Assembly (NCBI GenBank): GCA_044226015.1
Contig: JBGAHS010000003.1
Location: forward strand, 768,001-832,000
Reading direction: 5' to 3'
Origin: Candidatus Obscuribacteraceae bacterium
Lineage (GTDB): Bacteria > Cyanobacteriota > Vampirovibrionia > Obscuribacterales > Obscuribacteraceae
DNA length: 64,000 bases
Positions 1-10,135 of this stretch are shown piece after piece; position 1 is the stretch's first letter, and each line of letters begins with the position of its first letter. A model generated the notes under the pieces. The model saw nothing but the letters and a program-made list of their open reading frames with translations, made no database searches and was not told the DNA's origin. Position numbers and translations under genes: made by a program.

Positions 1-980
1 CTGGCGCGAGCATCGGCGTGGGAAATCTTGTAGTCGACTTCCTTGACCATCGGAACGTAGAGGTCGCAGATGCGCAACTCATCGACACCCAGAAGGCGCT
101 TGCGCAGCTCCAGGTAACGATGCAGTTTGGGCAGGTTGGAGTTAACCGTCGAGACGAGATTGCCGTAGACATCTACCGGGATGTTGTGCGGACCGAGCGC
201 AGCTTCCAGCGCCGAGCCGTACTTGTGCGCCCGGGCGAAGAAGATGTTGCCCTTCACCTGACCGGCATAGTTGGCCGCCAGCGTGTTACGCAACGCATTG
301 TAGGACGAATGCATGCCGGTGAAGCCAGCAATACGCACGTCGCGATTCTGGCTTTCCAGGAAACGCGATGCATAGTTGCCGTGAGTGAGCTGAACGTCCT
401 TGCCGTTCTCGTCCTTGAGCACGGGCAGTTTCAGGTCGGCGTTGTTGAGCATCTCGAAGACACGCTCTGGGGTCTGAGCCACTTCGGAAGCTTCCGCCAG
501 AAGTTGTTCCAGCTCGGCACTCAGCACATGAGGACGCTGACGGTCGAGGTCATCGAACTCGTGCTGATAGAGCTTGAGCTCCTTGTCCGCCAGCATGTAA
601 GCCTGAACGGTTTCCGGCGGGGTAGCAAGAAGCTCAGGGGTCATGTACGAGCTAGCGGAAGATACGCTCACGGAGAGTGTGCCAGCGCGAGAAGCCAGCG
701 CCTGGTATTCAGCGACAGTCGTGTCCTGATGCAGACGCATGTTGGAGTAGCAGTACAGCCGCCCAACGATTTCGCCGATTTCATCGCGAAGCTTGAGCGC
801 TGAAAGCAACGATGCCGCCGACTCTGCCAGTTTGCCCTTGAAAGCAGCAAGCTTGGGAATCAAGTCGGTAACTTTGGCGAAGTCTTTCTCCCAGTCGGCG
901 TTGTTAGCGTAAACGCTTTCCAGGTCCCAGGTGTCCTCAACGGCGAGGTCTGTTCGTTTGGGAATTGTGTGAGAACTCAT
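1..980 (-). CDS. pepF: Oligoendopeptidase F (M3B peptidase), 3' end runs off the window
   Basis: Absent from the ORF track (open at window edge). Manual minus-strand translation from ATG 980 with GGAGA RBS gives MSSHTIPKRTDLAVEDTWDLESVY...EMLNNADLKLP...LTHGNY...LHRYLELRKRLLGVDEL..DLYVP, typical PepF N-terminal motifs. Confidence 0.9.
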   Translation of the reverse strand, partial: MSSHTIPKRTDLAVEDTWDLESVYANNADWEKDFAKVTDLIPKLAAFKGKLAESAASLLSALKLRDEIGEIVGRLYCYSNMRLHQDTTVAEYQALASRAGTLSVSVSSASSYMTPELLATPPETVQAYMLADKELKLYQHEFDDLDRQRPHVLSAELEQLLAEASEVAQTPERVFEMLNNADLKLPVLKDENGKDVQLTHGNYASRFLESQNRDVRIAGFTGMHSSYNALRNTLAANYAGQVKGNIFFARAHKYGSALEAALGPHNIPVDVYGNLVSTVNSNLPKLHRYLELRKRLLGVDELRICDLYVPMVKEVDYKISHADARA

Positions 981-1408
981 TTTGGTCTCCTTTTCTGTGT
1001 TCATGCGCGAAAGCGCGAAGAATCCACCCTGACAAAATGCTAGCAGCAGCAGGCGCCAGGGATAATAAACCACGATCCACTCCCCAACAAAACGGCACAA
1101 TCCAAACTGCATTGCAGTGTGATTTTCCAAAAACAATAAAACTCGTTCTGGGCGGTGTGTGTGGATTACAGGGGATGGACTGTGGACGTCCACACGTTAC
1201 GGAGCTGGGCGAAGAGAAGTAAAGGGAGTTTTTTCTGAACAAACAAAGCCTACGCTCCCCTTGGCAGCCGGAATGCAAAGTATATTGGGCTTTCTGTCAA
1301 AGTCCCCGGAATTAGCTGGCTAGAATCTAACACCGAATATAGAATCAACAGATAGTAGAGCTGACAAAGCGCTGGATTTTATTGTCAATCACCAAGGCCA
1401 AACAACGA

Positions 1409-2266
1409 ATGAAAAAACAGATTCTCTCACTGCTTGCCCTATCATGCCTGAGCATATCCCTGGCTCTACCTGTGATTTCAGAACCAAGTCGCAGCTCGGA
1501 AAACGAAGCTGCGATTCCCAAGATTACTTTCCCTGAAACCGAATTCAATTTCGGAGTTTTGGAAGAAGGCATTGAAGCAAAGCATACTTTCAAAATCGAA
1601 AACCATGGCTCAAAAGAACTTATCATCAAAACAGTTTTCTCAACCTGCGGTTGCACAATTCCAACCATGAAAACTAAGCACATTGCACCTGGCACAAGTG
1701 CAGACATGGAAGTTGTGATGAACACATCGATGAAGCAGGGTGATGTGAAAAAACCGATTGAAGTCAGATCCAACGACCCGATCAACCCAGTCTCCACCCT
1801 GTATGTAACCGCCAAAGTCACAAGTCCTCATGCCAATCTTGGTGAAAATAAAATAGCAGCGATCTTCGAAGGAAAATGCGCCAGATGCCACGTAGCCGAC
1901 GGAATTGGCAAAGTGGGAGAAGAGCTTTACGCCGCTGATTGTGCTATGTGTCACGGGTACAGAGCAAAAGGAATTCCTTCAGTGGCACCAACGCTGATAC
2001 CATATGATTATCAAAACAAGGACTTCGCCGCTGCATTTAAACACATCATTGCTTTCGGAAGCGCCTCTCATCGCTCAATGCCTGGCTATGCTAAAGAAGC
2101 AGGTGGTCCACTGAACGACAAAGAGATAGATTCTCTAATTGACTTCCTGCAGAAAAAAAGTGAGGAAGAACGGCACTACCAGCAGCTTATGAAAGAACAG
2201 GCAGAAAAGGAACAGCAAAAAACAGAAGAAAGCAAGAAAAAAGACGAGCCACCTGCTTCGAAGTAA
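1409..2266 (+). CDS. Secreted DUF1573 (Ig-like) domain plus diheme cytochrome c protein
   Basis: Signal peptide; DUF1573-type segment (FKIENHG..ELII..V.STCGCT); two CxxCH motifs (CARCH, CAMCH) and a distal MPGY. Confidence 0.75.
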   Translation: MKKQILSLLALSCLSISLALPVISEPSRSSENEAAIPKITFPETEFNFGVLEEGIEAKHTFKIENHGSKELIIKTVFSTCGCTIPTMKTKHIAPGTSADMEVVMNTSMKQGDVKKPIEVRSNDPINPVSTLYVTAKVTSPHANLGENKIAAIFEGKCARCHVADGIGKVGEELYAADCAMCHGYRAKGIPSVAPTLIPYDYQNKDFAAAFKHIIAFGSASHRSMPGYAKEAGGPLNDKEIDSLIDFLQKKSEEERHYQQLMKEQAEKEQQKTEESKKKDEPPASK

Positions 2267-2307
2267 TCTCACCGGCTATTCACACGGCACTTAAGCGGAC
2301 TGGGATT

Positions 2308-2862
2308 CTAGGATTCTTTCTGAAAGTCCTCCACTTTCAAATTTTCCGCATCCGTCTTATCAGCTTTGCGTTCCATTTCAAGCCACATTTCTTCATCTGG
2401 ATCTGGAACTTTGGAGAGATCCAACTCAGAAGTCTCTGTTCTCAAAGAACGATGCGGCACCGTTGCTCCAGAAATTGCAGCCGCCTCAAATTCCTCTTTC
2501 ACACTGTTTCGACCTATGACTATGAAAGTGAAAATTCCCAGCAAAAGCCCAAGAGGAAAGTTAAAACAGTTCAATGCTGAGGCAACGATGATGAGATTGC
2601 GATGCTTTCTGCGAGCAATACACTTTCCTGCTGCAATAATCAAAGCACCATAAGCCCAGCCGGAAATCATCATCAGCAGCCCCATCGCAGCCATGGTCAT
2701 TCCAATCGTTTCCTTGACGAAAAAAAGACCCGCGACTATGTGAAAAAGGAAAAAGCAAGAAAAAAGCATGGACATGCCACCGACGACATAGTGACAAATT
2801 CGGAGAATGTTGAGCTGCTCCGAATCTTTCGCGTCCTGGGGAAGGTCTACAAGATTTGCCAT
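2308..2862 (-). CDS. Hypothetical membrane protein (about 3-4 TM)
   Basis: 184-aa ORF with hydrophobic helices and a GGAGAG RBS. Confidence 0.7.
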   Translation of the reverse strand: MANLVDLPQDAKDSEQLNILRICHYVVGGMSMLFSCFFLFHIVAGLFFVKETIGMTMAAMGLLMMISGWAYGALIIAAGKCIARRKHRNLIIVASALNCFNFPLGLLLGIFTFIVIGRNSVKEEFEAAAISGATVPHRSLRTETSELDLSKVPDPDEEMWLEMERKADKTDAENLKVEDFQKES

Positions 2863-2944
2863 GGCTCTCCTCTACACCCAAATTACCCAGCTGCTAAGCA
2901 GCTTAAGCTGAGTGCAAGAAAGAGCTCAGAATTTCAGAGTACAC

Positions 2945-3772
2945 TTAGATGGAAAAGCTCTCCCCAGCAGGATAAATCGAGTAAATCATGTTCTGCACTC
3001 CGGCACACTGCCCCTCTGGGGTCGCATCCATCTGAGACTTAAAGTCATCTGCTCGACGATAAACGTGGGCGACTCCTTTGCCATGCACAGTGGCTTTGCC
3101 GTCCTTTATTTCAACAGCAGTATCCTCATCTAAGCCAATGCCTTTTGCCCCGGGAACCAGCGACAATGCGACCATCAATCTATCCTGCCGTGCACGAGCA
3201 CTGACATGGGTGTCAACGACATAACCGGGCAGCAGACCGAGTCCTTCAGTCATCAAAAGAGATTTTGACTTTGGCACTCCATCAGTCATGCCGCCGGCAA
3301 TCATTTTTGGAGCCATGATCGCGGCTCCCGCACTGGTTCCACCCACCAGGTTGCCAGCGCCAACAAATGCTCGCACTTCTGAAAGAAGAGCTGGCTCAGC
3401 TATTCTCATCATGCGGCTCTGATCTCCCCCGGTCATAAAAATTGCCGTCGCTTTGGGCAAAGAGCCCTTGAACTCACCCGGCATTATTACACTCGTGTCT
3501 TTGACACCAAGGGCCATAAAACTGTTCTGCAATTCTTCTACTGTTTCTTTCGGTTCAGAACTGGAGTGCGGAAGAATTAGAATTCGGGCTCTGTCTCCAC
3601 CTGCCAACTCAGCAAACCGGTACAGTGCGAAATCGGCAGCGCCACCGATGGGGTAGAGGGTGCCGCTGGACTTACCTGAAGCTGGCTGTGAGAGCGCCTT
3701 GTTGCAAGCAAGTAGCGACATAAATGCAAGCGCAAAACCACGTCGACTAAAGTTAACATTCCCAATATCCAT
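2945..3772 (-). CDS. Cyanophycinase-like serine peptidase (family S51) with Tat signal
   Basis: Motifs IGGA, FMTGGDQSR, GGTSAGA (nucleophile), DTH..R.RQDRL, GIGLDEDT; N-terminal SRRGF twin-arginine motif. Confidence 0.85.
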   Translation of the reverse strand: MDIGNVNFSRRGFALAFMSLLACNKALSQPASGKSSGTLYPIGGAADFALYRFAELAGGDRARILILPHSSSEPKETVEELQNSFMALGVKDTSVIMPGEFKGSLPKATAIFMTGGDQSRMMRIAEPALLSEVRAFVGAGNLVGGTSAGAAIMAPKMIAGGMTDGVPKSKSLLMTEGLGLLPGYVVDTHVSARARQDRLMVALSLVPGAKGIGLDEDTAVEIKDGKATVHGKGVAHVYRRADDFKSQMDATPEGQCAGVQNMIYSIYPAGESFSI

Positions 3773-3975
3773 AGAAAGACCTCTAATTGCATGCCAGCAA
3801 GACTTTTCAGCGAATCAGGATAGCATGACGGACTGGCCTGCGGATCTGCCGACTGCATAATTGTGCAGTTGCCAATACCTTCTTGCACATTACACAGCTG
3901 CCTGTAGCAACATAAGATACCTGTGGGGTTGTTGGGCGGATATCGCAGGTTCATTCACCTAGGATCCGACCAATC

Positions 3976-4515
3976 ATGCAGACACAAGACACGTTCTGGA
4001 CCACTTATGTGGACCTTGGCGCAAATGCTCAGAAACTTGGACATACAGAAATAGCCGACAAGATGCTTGGGGCAGCTCTTGAGGAATCAAGGCGCTTGGG
4101 ACACTTGAACTTGCCACCACCGGCGGTGTTCAACAAATTGGCCGCGGCTTTTTATGAAAAGAGTGATTTCAAAAAGGCAGAGGCCGTTTATAAGAGCGCA
4201 CTGGCAACTTACGAGAAAAGACTTACTGAAGATCATCCACATCTCAGCAACGTACTTCTAAACCTGGCTGAACTATATTTTTCGCAGGGCAAGTACGGTA
4301 TGGCAGAGCCTCTATTTGAGCGCACCTTGCTCATCGATGAAAGAAAATTTGGAGGACTTCACCCCTGCATGTATCGCCGCATGCTTAAGCTCTCATGGAT
4401 TTATTGCACACTGAACAAGCACAGCGACGCTTATGCATTGTTGAAGAGAGCACAAGAACTAAAAGAGAAAAATGAAGACCTACAACCAGAAGCTTTTATT
4501 CTAGCGACAGTATAG
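3976..4515 (+). CDS. Tetratricopeptide repeat protein
   Basis: TPR_12-like repeats (LNLAELYFSQGKYGMAEPLFERTL). Confidence 0.8.
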   Translation: MQTQDTFWTTYVDLGANAQKLGHTEIADKMLGAALEESRRLGHLNLPPPAVFNKLAAAFYEKSDFKKAEAVYKSALATYEKRLTEDHPHLSNVLLNLAELYFSQGKYGMAEPLFERTLLIDERKFGGLHPCMYRRMLKLSWIYCTLNKHSDAYALLKRAQELKEKNEDLQPEAFILATV

Positions 4516-4572
4516 TAGAGACCGCAGAGCCATTCAGATAAAGCTTAAAGCTACGAGGACAGGAAACTGTCC

Positions 4573-5322
4573 TCATTCTTTTGGGTCGAGTTTCTCCAGA
4601 TACTCCAGATCTTTCTTACTCAAAGCAACTTTTGAAAGCAAATCGGGGCGGCGTTCCTTTGTTCGCTTCAACGCCTGCTCACGACGCCACTTCTCTATGA
4701 GTTTGTGATTTCCAGAAAGCAATACTTCCGGCACATCCATGCCCCGATAATTTGCGGGCTTAGTGTATTGAGGACCCTCAAGAAGGTTTTCAACGAAGCT
4801 TTCCTGGGCCAGAGAAATGCTTTTTCCAATAACTCCGGGAATCAACCTTCCGACTGCATCGATGACAATCAATGCTGGCAATTCGCCACCAGTTAAAACG
4901 TAGTCTCCAACAGAAAACTCATGTGTGGCTAGGGAACAAATGCGCTCATCAAACCCCTCATAGTGCCCGCAAATCAAAACGATATCTTGCTCTTTGCTCC
5001 AGCTCCAGGCATCGTCCTGGTGCAATGGCTTTCCTTGCGGGCTTGTTAGCAAAATGGGAATATTAGTGTTGTCCGGTGTCGCGCCAATTTGAGCAAGAAT
5101 GTCTTCATAGGCAGCAAAGAACGGTTCTGGTTTTAACACCATTCCAGCGCCGCCACCATAGGGAGTATCATCTACTTTTCTGTACTTGTCCTGGCAATAG
5201 TCGCGAGGATTGTATGTTTTTACAGCAAACTCGCCCTTTTCAATGCCACGTTTCACGATGCTGACCGAGCAATAACGCTCGATTAATTCAGGAAAGAGGG
5301 TGATTACATGAAAAGTAAGCAA
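4573..5322 (-). CDS. trmD: tRNA (guanine-N1)-methyltransferase
   Basis: Motifs VITLFPE, VDDTPYGGGAGM, ICGHYEGFDER, GDYVLTGGE, LLEGPQYT. Confidence 0.97.
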   Translation of the reverse strand: MLTFHVITLFPELIERYCSVSIVKRGIEKGEFAVKTYNPRDYCQDKYRKVDDTPYGGGAGMVLKPEPFFAAYEDILAQIGATPDNTNIPILLTSPQGKPLHQDDAWSWSKEQDIVLICGHYEGFDERICSLATHEFSVGDYVLTGGELPALIVIDAVGRLIPGVIGKSISLAQESFVENLLEGPQYTKPANYRGMDVPEVLLSGNHKLIEKWRREQALKRTKERRPDLLSKVALSKKDLEYLEKLDPKE

Positions 5323-5339
5323 GATGTCCTCAAAGAATT

Positions 5340-5682
5340 GCGAAGTGGTCCATAAGCCGGGTTCTGTTTAGACCGCCATCTATCTGGGAGCTTGATTACT
5401 CAAGCCCTCAAGCGGCATCGGCAGTTCGAGTTGGCGGGCCACCAATGTTTCGACCTATACCTTAGCCTTGCACCTTTAGTGGGGTTTACCTAGCCAGTGC
5501 CTCTCGACACTGCTGGTGACGCTTTTACCGCACCGTTGCACCCTTACCAGGAAAAACCTGGCGGTATTCATTTCTGTGGCACTATCCTCACGCTCACGCG
5601 CACTGGGTATTACCCAGCGACCAGCCCTATGGCGCCCGGACTTTCCTCATCCTTTCGGACGCGGCGGTCTGAACCACTTCGC
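5340..5682 (-). ncRNA. rnpB: RNase P RNA (bacterial type A)
   Basis: Minus strand carries GAGGAAAGUCCGGGC, AGUGCCACAGAAA, GGUAAACCCC and ACAGAACCCGGCUUAU; terminal P1 helix GCGAAGUGGUUC/GGACCACUUCGC. Confidence 0.96.
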
Positions 5683-5690
5683 GATCAGCC

Positions 5691-5699
5691 ATTATAACA
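5691..5699 (-). promoter_or_regulatory. Extended -10 promoter (TGnTATAAT) of rnpB
   Basis: Minus-strand TGTTATAAT 8 nt upstream of the predicted rnpB 5' end. Confidence 0.7.
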
Positions 5700-6084
5700 A
5701 ACCTGGTAATCAAGACTAGAACGCTCGCAATGCTTCGCTAGAGCGTCTTTATGGGATGCTACCAGGCTTCGACTCTTAGAGAACTAGCGCGAGGATCAAT
5801 GAATAACGGCAGTTTCGTGCAGAGGGGCAGCTTTGGACCGAAAAGCACTAGAGAAAGATTAGAACTGGCTAACGCACGCTAGTTCTGTCCACAACCCTGA
5901 GCTTTGTTAGTTTGAAAAAACCAAGTCATTTCTCGTAATGAAGCAACCCGCACTGTAAGCATTCAAGCAAAGCAACCCTAAATCAAATTGAATTCACTAG
6001 CCAGCTGCTTGTGTGTTCATTGCTTGCTGCGGCGTCTTCCTTCGAGCGATGCGAGTTCCAATTCTTCAGAAGGTAGGTTGATTT

Positions 6085-7254
6085 ATGTCAAAAAAATTCA
6101 ATCCTAAAAAACGTATTCCCATGCTGATGCCAAACGATCAAAGCGCCATGATTGCGCCGGACATTCATGTTCCAGCAGAACAACAAATCGACTACGAATA
6201 CATGAGCATCTACCATGAACTCATGTACTCACCTGCTCTTTCAACGCCTGCTGTAAAAAGCAAAATCAGTGGCGAAGTAATCAGTTCCACTAAGTCAGGC
6301 TATTGGGTTGCCTACGGTGGTAAGACAGAGGGCTTCGCGCGAAAAGAAGAACAGGGCAATGAGCGCTTGAACGTCGGCGAAATTTGCCTCTTCGACGTGG
6401 TCAGTGTTGAAAGCGAAACAGGCTGTGTTTTTCTCAGTCGCCGAGGCGGTGAAAGTTGGGAGCAGCTAATAGCGGCAAAAGAAAACAACGCAACCGTCAC
6501 TGTTGAGGTGATGCAAATCGCAAGAAAATTCAACAAAATCTCTCACGTCAAAGTACGCTTCAACGCCGTCACCGGCATTGTGCCCTTCTCTTTACTGGGA
6601 ATTTCAGTGGAGAAGGTTCAGCAGTTGATTAACGAAAAACTTGAGGTGAGAGTGCATGAGATTTGCTCCAAGACAGGCAGGCTTGTGTTCAATCACCGCA
6701 TCATCAAAAACGAAGAGAGCCTGCGCAGAGAGTACTATTTGAATTCTCTGAACCCTGGTGACCTGCTTCAGGACGTCGAGGTCATCGGCATCTTGAGCAA
6801 TAATGCCGGCTCGAAAATCGGTGTTATCGTTCAAGCTGGAGAATGTAGGGGGTTGATTCACCACTCTGAAATCTCTAGGGCACATTTCCGCAATTCCTTG
6901 AGTGAATCGTTTCCGCCTGGCAAGAAACTTGATGCTATCGTACTTCCCTTCCGGGTTCGTGACGACGGCAAGAGAGAACTTGCACTCTCGCTCAAAGGCG
7001 TACAAGAGCTGCGAGCAAGCGAGTTTTTCGCAACGCGAAAGCTTGGCGATAGACTAGAAGGCACGGTTCAACGAAAGGTCGGATACGGTTTATTCGTCTC
7101 TCTCTGCGAAAGTGGTGAAGTAGACGGACTCTTGCACAACTCCCAGTTTTCCCGAGAGAAAGAGCCAACTATCGGAAGCAAAATCTGCGTTGAGATAATT
7201 GCTATCAACAAAGAGAGACGAACAGTCGGGCTCTCGATCGGTTCGTCGACTTAG
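6085..7254 (+). CDS. S1 RNA-binding domain protein (divergent ribosomal protein S1-like, about 4 OB folds)
   Basis: Repeated S1 motifs (GKTEGF, GLIHHSEIS, YGLFV..DGLLHNSQF, RRTVGLS). Confidence 0.8.
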   Translation: MSKKFNPKKRIPMLMPNDQSAMIAPDIHVPAEQQIDYEYMSIYHELMYSPALSTPAVKSKISGEVISSTKSGYWVAYGGKTEGFARKEEQGNERLNVGEICLFDVVSVESETGCVFLSRRGGESWEQLIAAKENNATVTVEVMQIARKFNKISHVKVRFNAVTGIVPFSLLGISVEKVQQLINEKLEVRVHEICSKTGRLVFNHRIIKNEESLRREYYLNSLNPGDLLQDVEVIGILSNNAGSKIGVIVQAGECRGLIHHSEISRAHFRNSLSESFPPGKKLDAIVLPFRVRDDGKRELALSLKGVQELRASEFFATRKLGDRLEGTVQRKVGYGLFVSLCESGEVDGLLHNSQFSREKEPTIGSKICVEIIAINKERRTVGLSIGSST

Positions 7255-7267
7255 CGCACTATGACCG

Positions 7268-7300
7268 AAAAGAAAGGGACCAAAAGTCCCTTCTCTTTTT
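7268..7300 (+). terminator. Intrinsic terminator (possibly bidirectional)
   Basis: AAGGGAC-caaaa-GTCCCTT hairpin flanked by A and T tracts, between convergent genes. Confidence 0.7.
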
Positions 7301-7351
7301 CATGCCAGCTCTACTACAAGCCATCGCAGTTCAGAGCTCTGGCTCTCGACC

Positions 7352-8032
7352 TTATTTTGCCTTTTTCGGATAAGCGCAGTCCATTGTGAGTTCTACTGCA
7401 CTGATACCAAGGCGCGTTACCATCGCTCCAATCAAGAAGGGTGCTCTGTATTTAGCAATGGTTGGATTATTTGAGAGATAGCTCAACGAACCCGCCACAA
7501 CACCAACGTCTGCAACGAGTCCCGCTGTTGGCAGAACAGCTTCACCTAGACTTTCACATCTGCTCAAACGCATGATGTCTTTGGTTCCTTGAAGAGCACC
7601 CAGAGCACCAAAAGCACCAACACCGTAAGACCTGTTAGCGCTGAGGCCACTTCCAGCAAAGCGAAGCACAAATGCATCAGCGTGCAGGCTCGCAACATCA
7701 ACCAATAGTTGCTTGCCATTATCCGTCATTTGAATCGATCTACTCAAAGCACTGTTGATGTCAGACTTGAGCTTTGCGACGCGGTTTGCATCGTCTTTGA
7801 GGTCACTTGCAACAATCTTGAGCTGAGTTTCAAATTCCCCACGATCTGCTTCTTTCTTAATATCGAGAGCTGCTGTTTTCAGCTCGGGCATCGATGATCT
7901 CATAGCCTCTAACAGCTCTCGCTGCAGGGGAGGAATAGGGGCAGCTGGCTGCTCCGCACTCTCTTCCTTATTCGCAAACAAGTCATGTCTGTGTTTGATT
8001 GGATCGGCTTTTTCCTGTTCCACAACGTCCAT
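7352..8032 (-). CDS. Hypothetical protein with coiled-coil N-half and Gly/Ala-rich hydrophobic C-half
   Basis: 226-aa ORF with GAGGG RBS; no recognised family. Confidence 0.6.
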   Translation of the reverse strand: MDVVEQEKADPIKHRHDLFANKEESAEQPAAPIPPLQRELLEAMRSSMPELKTAALDIKKEADRGEFETQLKIVASDLKDDANRVAKLKSDINSALSRSIQMTDNGKQLLVDVASLHADAFVLRFAGSGLSANRSYGVGAFGALGALQGTKDIMRLSRCESLGEAVLPTAGLVADVGVVAGSLSYLSNNPTIAKYRAPFLIGAMVTRLGISAVELTMDCAYPKKAK

Positions 8033-8493
8033 TTCTAATTCCCTCGTCCTTCGCTAAACAAAGTAAACAGGACGGCGTTGACATATTAGTAACCTCTACT
8101 AATGAATTGTCCGGGCGATTTCCAAACCCAATCTCGTTTCTCGATCATGAATTCGCCTTCAAATTTGGCTGCTTCGGCCACCTGCGCAAAGCTGAAATCT
8201 GAGAGTTCAATTTACTGGTAGCGGGAGGGGAAAGCTGGATACACAGTACTGACAGGCATTTCCAGGCTGGATGCTCTAATTGAATGATTGAACCTCAACT
8301 CAATTTTATTGTTGACGTTGGAATTCAATACAGCGAATGTCTTATTTTGCCGATAGATTCCGTCACATCATCACACCTCATCAGAACAAGCACAAAAACA
8401 AAGAAAACTCTTTCTCGTCGAAGACACGTTGGGTGTAGGAAAAGGAATCGCAACACGTAAATCAAGCGTGCCTAACTAACTGAGGATCTCACC

Positions 8494-9336
8494 ATGACCC
8501 TCCCGAAAAGATTGCGGCAGTTCCTGCTGCAACACAAAAGGAGCGCTGACTCTTTCTTGTTTCTTCTCTCGTGCCTGGCGCTGGGAATATTCGTCAGCAA
8601 CGAATTCTTCGCACTGAAGCCGAACGCTCTTATGATTGAGCCGGCCCAGTGGGTTTCGTTGCAGATGATTGCGCGTACAAGCATCTGGCTCTGTTTTGTA
8701 GCTCACTTCACTGTGTACGGGATGCTCAGCGGCAGCCTGTTTCGCTACATCAAAGAGCACTTTGTCGAATTACTAATCTGCATCACGTGGTTTCCACACC
8801 ACAACGTCAGTCTCCTGCAGGACTTCACCAGAGTTCTCTCCGTTGAGACTGTCCAGCTAGTGGGCATGCTCGCTAACGGCTTGCTGGTGGTTCGTCACAT
8901 CGTAAGAAGTGTAGCGACGCATCCAGTAATCGTGACGGGCTCTGTCTTTTTGCTGGTAATCATTTCTGCGTCAGAGCTGTTGATGCAGGTGGAACCGCAA
9001 ACGTTCCCGAACTTGTTCGACGCCATCTGGTATTCCGTGGTGACGACGACAACGATCGGTTACGGGGACATAGTGCCGCACACCTTCGCTGGTCGATGCA
9101 TCGGCATCGGGCTGATGATTACTGGTATCTCACTTGCCGGTACTTTCATCGCAATCGTTTCGCAATCACTTCAACGTCGCTTTGGTCAACAAGGCGACAA
9201 ACAAGAGATAGCGAATATGCAAGAGCGCCTGCGCGACCTGGAAGCACAAAATGCAAAGCTTACTGCTGCTCTCGAGCGCGACAATGAGCTTAAGCAAAAG
9301 CTGCTGGAAGCCCTCCAGAAGCAAGAAAACAAATAG
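8494..9336 (+). CDS. Potassium channel protein (Ion_trans_2 pore) with C-terminal coiled coil
   Basis: Selectivity filter TTTTIGYGDIVP; several TM helices. Confidence 0.9.
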   Translation: MTLPKRLRQFLLQHKRSADSFLFLLSCLALGIFVSNEFFALKPNALMIEPAQWVSLQMIARTSIWLCFVAHFTVYGMLSGSLFRYIKEHFVELLICITWFPHHNVSLLQDFTRVLSVETVQLVGMLANGLLVVRHIVRSVATHPVIVTGSVFLLVIISASELLMQVEPQTFPNLFDAIWYSVVTTTTIGYGDIVPHTFAGRCIGIGLMITGISLAGTFIAIVSQSLQRRFGQQGDKQEIANMQERLRDLEAQNAKLTAALERDNELKQKLLEALQKQENK

Positions 9337-9350
9337 GATGCAGACGACTT

Positions 9351-9396
9351 AAGAGCTGGAGCTGGCAATTCAAAGCCTCTCCAGCTCTTTGTTTTT
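9351..9396 (+). terminator. Intrinsic terminator
   Basis: AAGAGCTGGAG...CTCCAGCTCTT stem followed by TGTTTTT. Confidence 0.7.
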
Positions 9397-9595
9397 GCCA
9401 GCCACCTACTACCGGCACTCGTAGGGCGTAGCGAAAGGCGAAAGGCGAAACTCATCCAAGACCCGTCCAGAACACAAAGTTGATGCACATATAAAGTTGC
9501 ACTGATTGCTTCTGGTCATAGCAACGCTACCACTCGGCATAGTACGAAGAGCCGAAAAAAAAGAGTTCCCACGCCACGTACTTGCAAAAAAGTGC

Positions 9596-9648
9596 CAAAA
9601 AGACAAGAAAGCGGTCGAAAATCAGGTCTCCCTGATAATTCGACCGCC
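9596..9648 (-). terminator. Intrinsic terminator of the 10594-9659 gene pair
   Basis: GCGGTCGAA-ATCAGG/CCTGAT-TTCGACCGC stem with minus-strand U tract. Confidence 0.7.
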
Positions 9649-9658
9649 CCTTGCGCAA

Positions 9659-10057
9659 TCACTTCACGCGCCGCCGAGACACCGAGAAACGACCGCCAGA
9701 GCGATTGTGAATCTCCGTGTAGGTGACTGCGAAGTTACGTTCGCGAAGCAGCTTGATTGCGCCCTTGCGAACGTTTTCGTGCGGAACCTTCACGACGTGA
9801 ATCAGCGCTTCGGATTCACCGAAATGCCGCGACACGTATTCGTGATACTGAGCCTGAACCCAGTCGGCGAGCTCCAGCACCGCGCGTTCCTCCCGATTGA
9901 GATAGGGACCATTCGAGATGACGCGATGCTTCTTGAGAAAAGCACGCTTCAAGCCCAAACGGCTGTGGAACACCGCAGGCGTGTAACCCGGGTTCTCGAC
10001 GACCACACGAAGCTCAGGCTTCGTGCTTTTGCTCTTGCTTGTCAAAACCAAAGTCAT
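9659..10057 (-). CDS. Hypothetical protein (paralog of 10136-10594)
   Basis: AGGAG RBS; shares NPG[YF]xPAVFxS..RAF and E[LF]A[DN]W blocks with its neighbour. Confidence 0.7.
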   Translation of the reverse strand: MTLVLTSKSKSTKPELRVVVENPGYTPAVFHSRLGLKRAFLKKHRVISNGPYLNREERAVLELADWVQAQYHEYVSRHFGESEALIHVVKVPHENVRKGAIKLLRERNFAVTYTEIHNRSGGRFSVSRRRVK

Positions 10058-10135
10058 TTGCTGACTCCTTTCATGCTAAGCGTCCCTATCCTTATCAGGG
10101 ACTGCAATTGAGGAGTCAGCCAGATGACTGCTCCT

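Noticed and set aside
18..803. 261-aa plus-strand ORF
   Set aside because: Antisense shadow of pepF, which the ORF track missed because it is open at the window edge.
5497..5719. Small ORFs 5497-5697 and 5516-5719
   Set aside because: Antisense to the RNase P RNA gene.
9431..9450. GCGAAAG x3 micro-repeat (also GCAGCACAG x2 near 17552)
   Set aside because: Too short and isolated to imply function.
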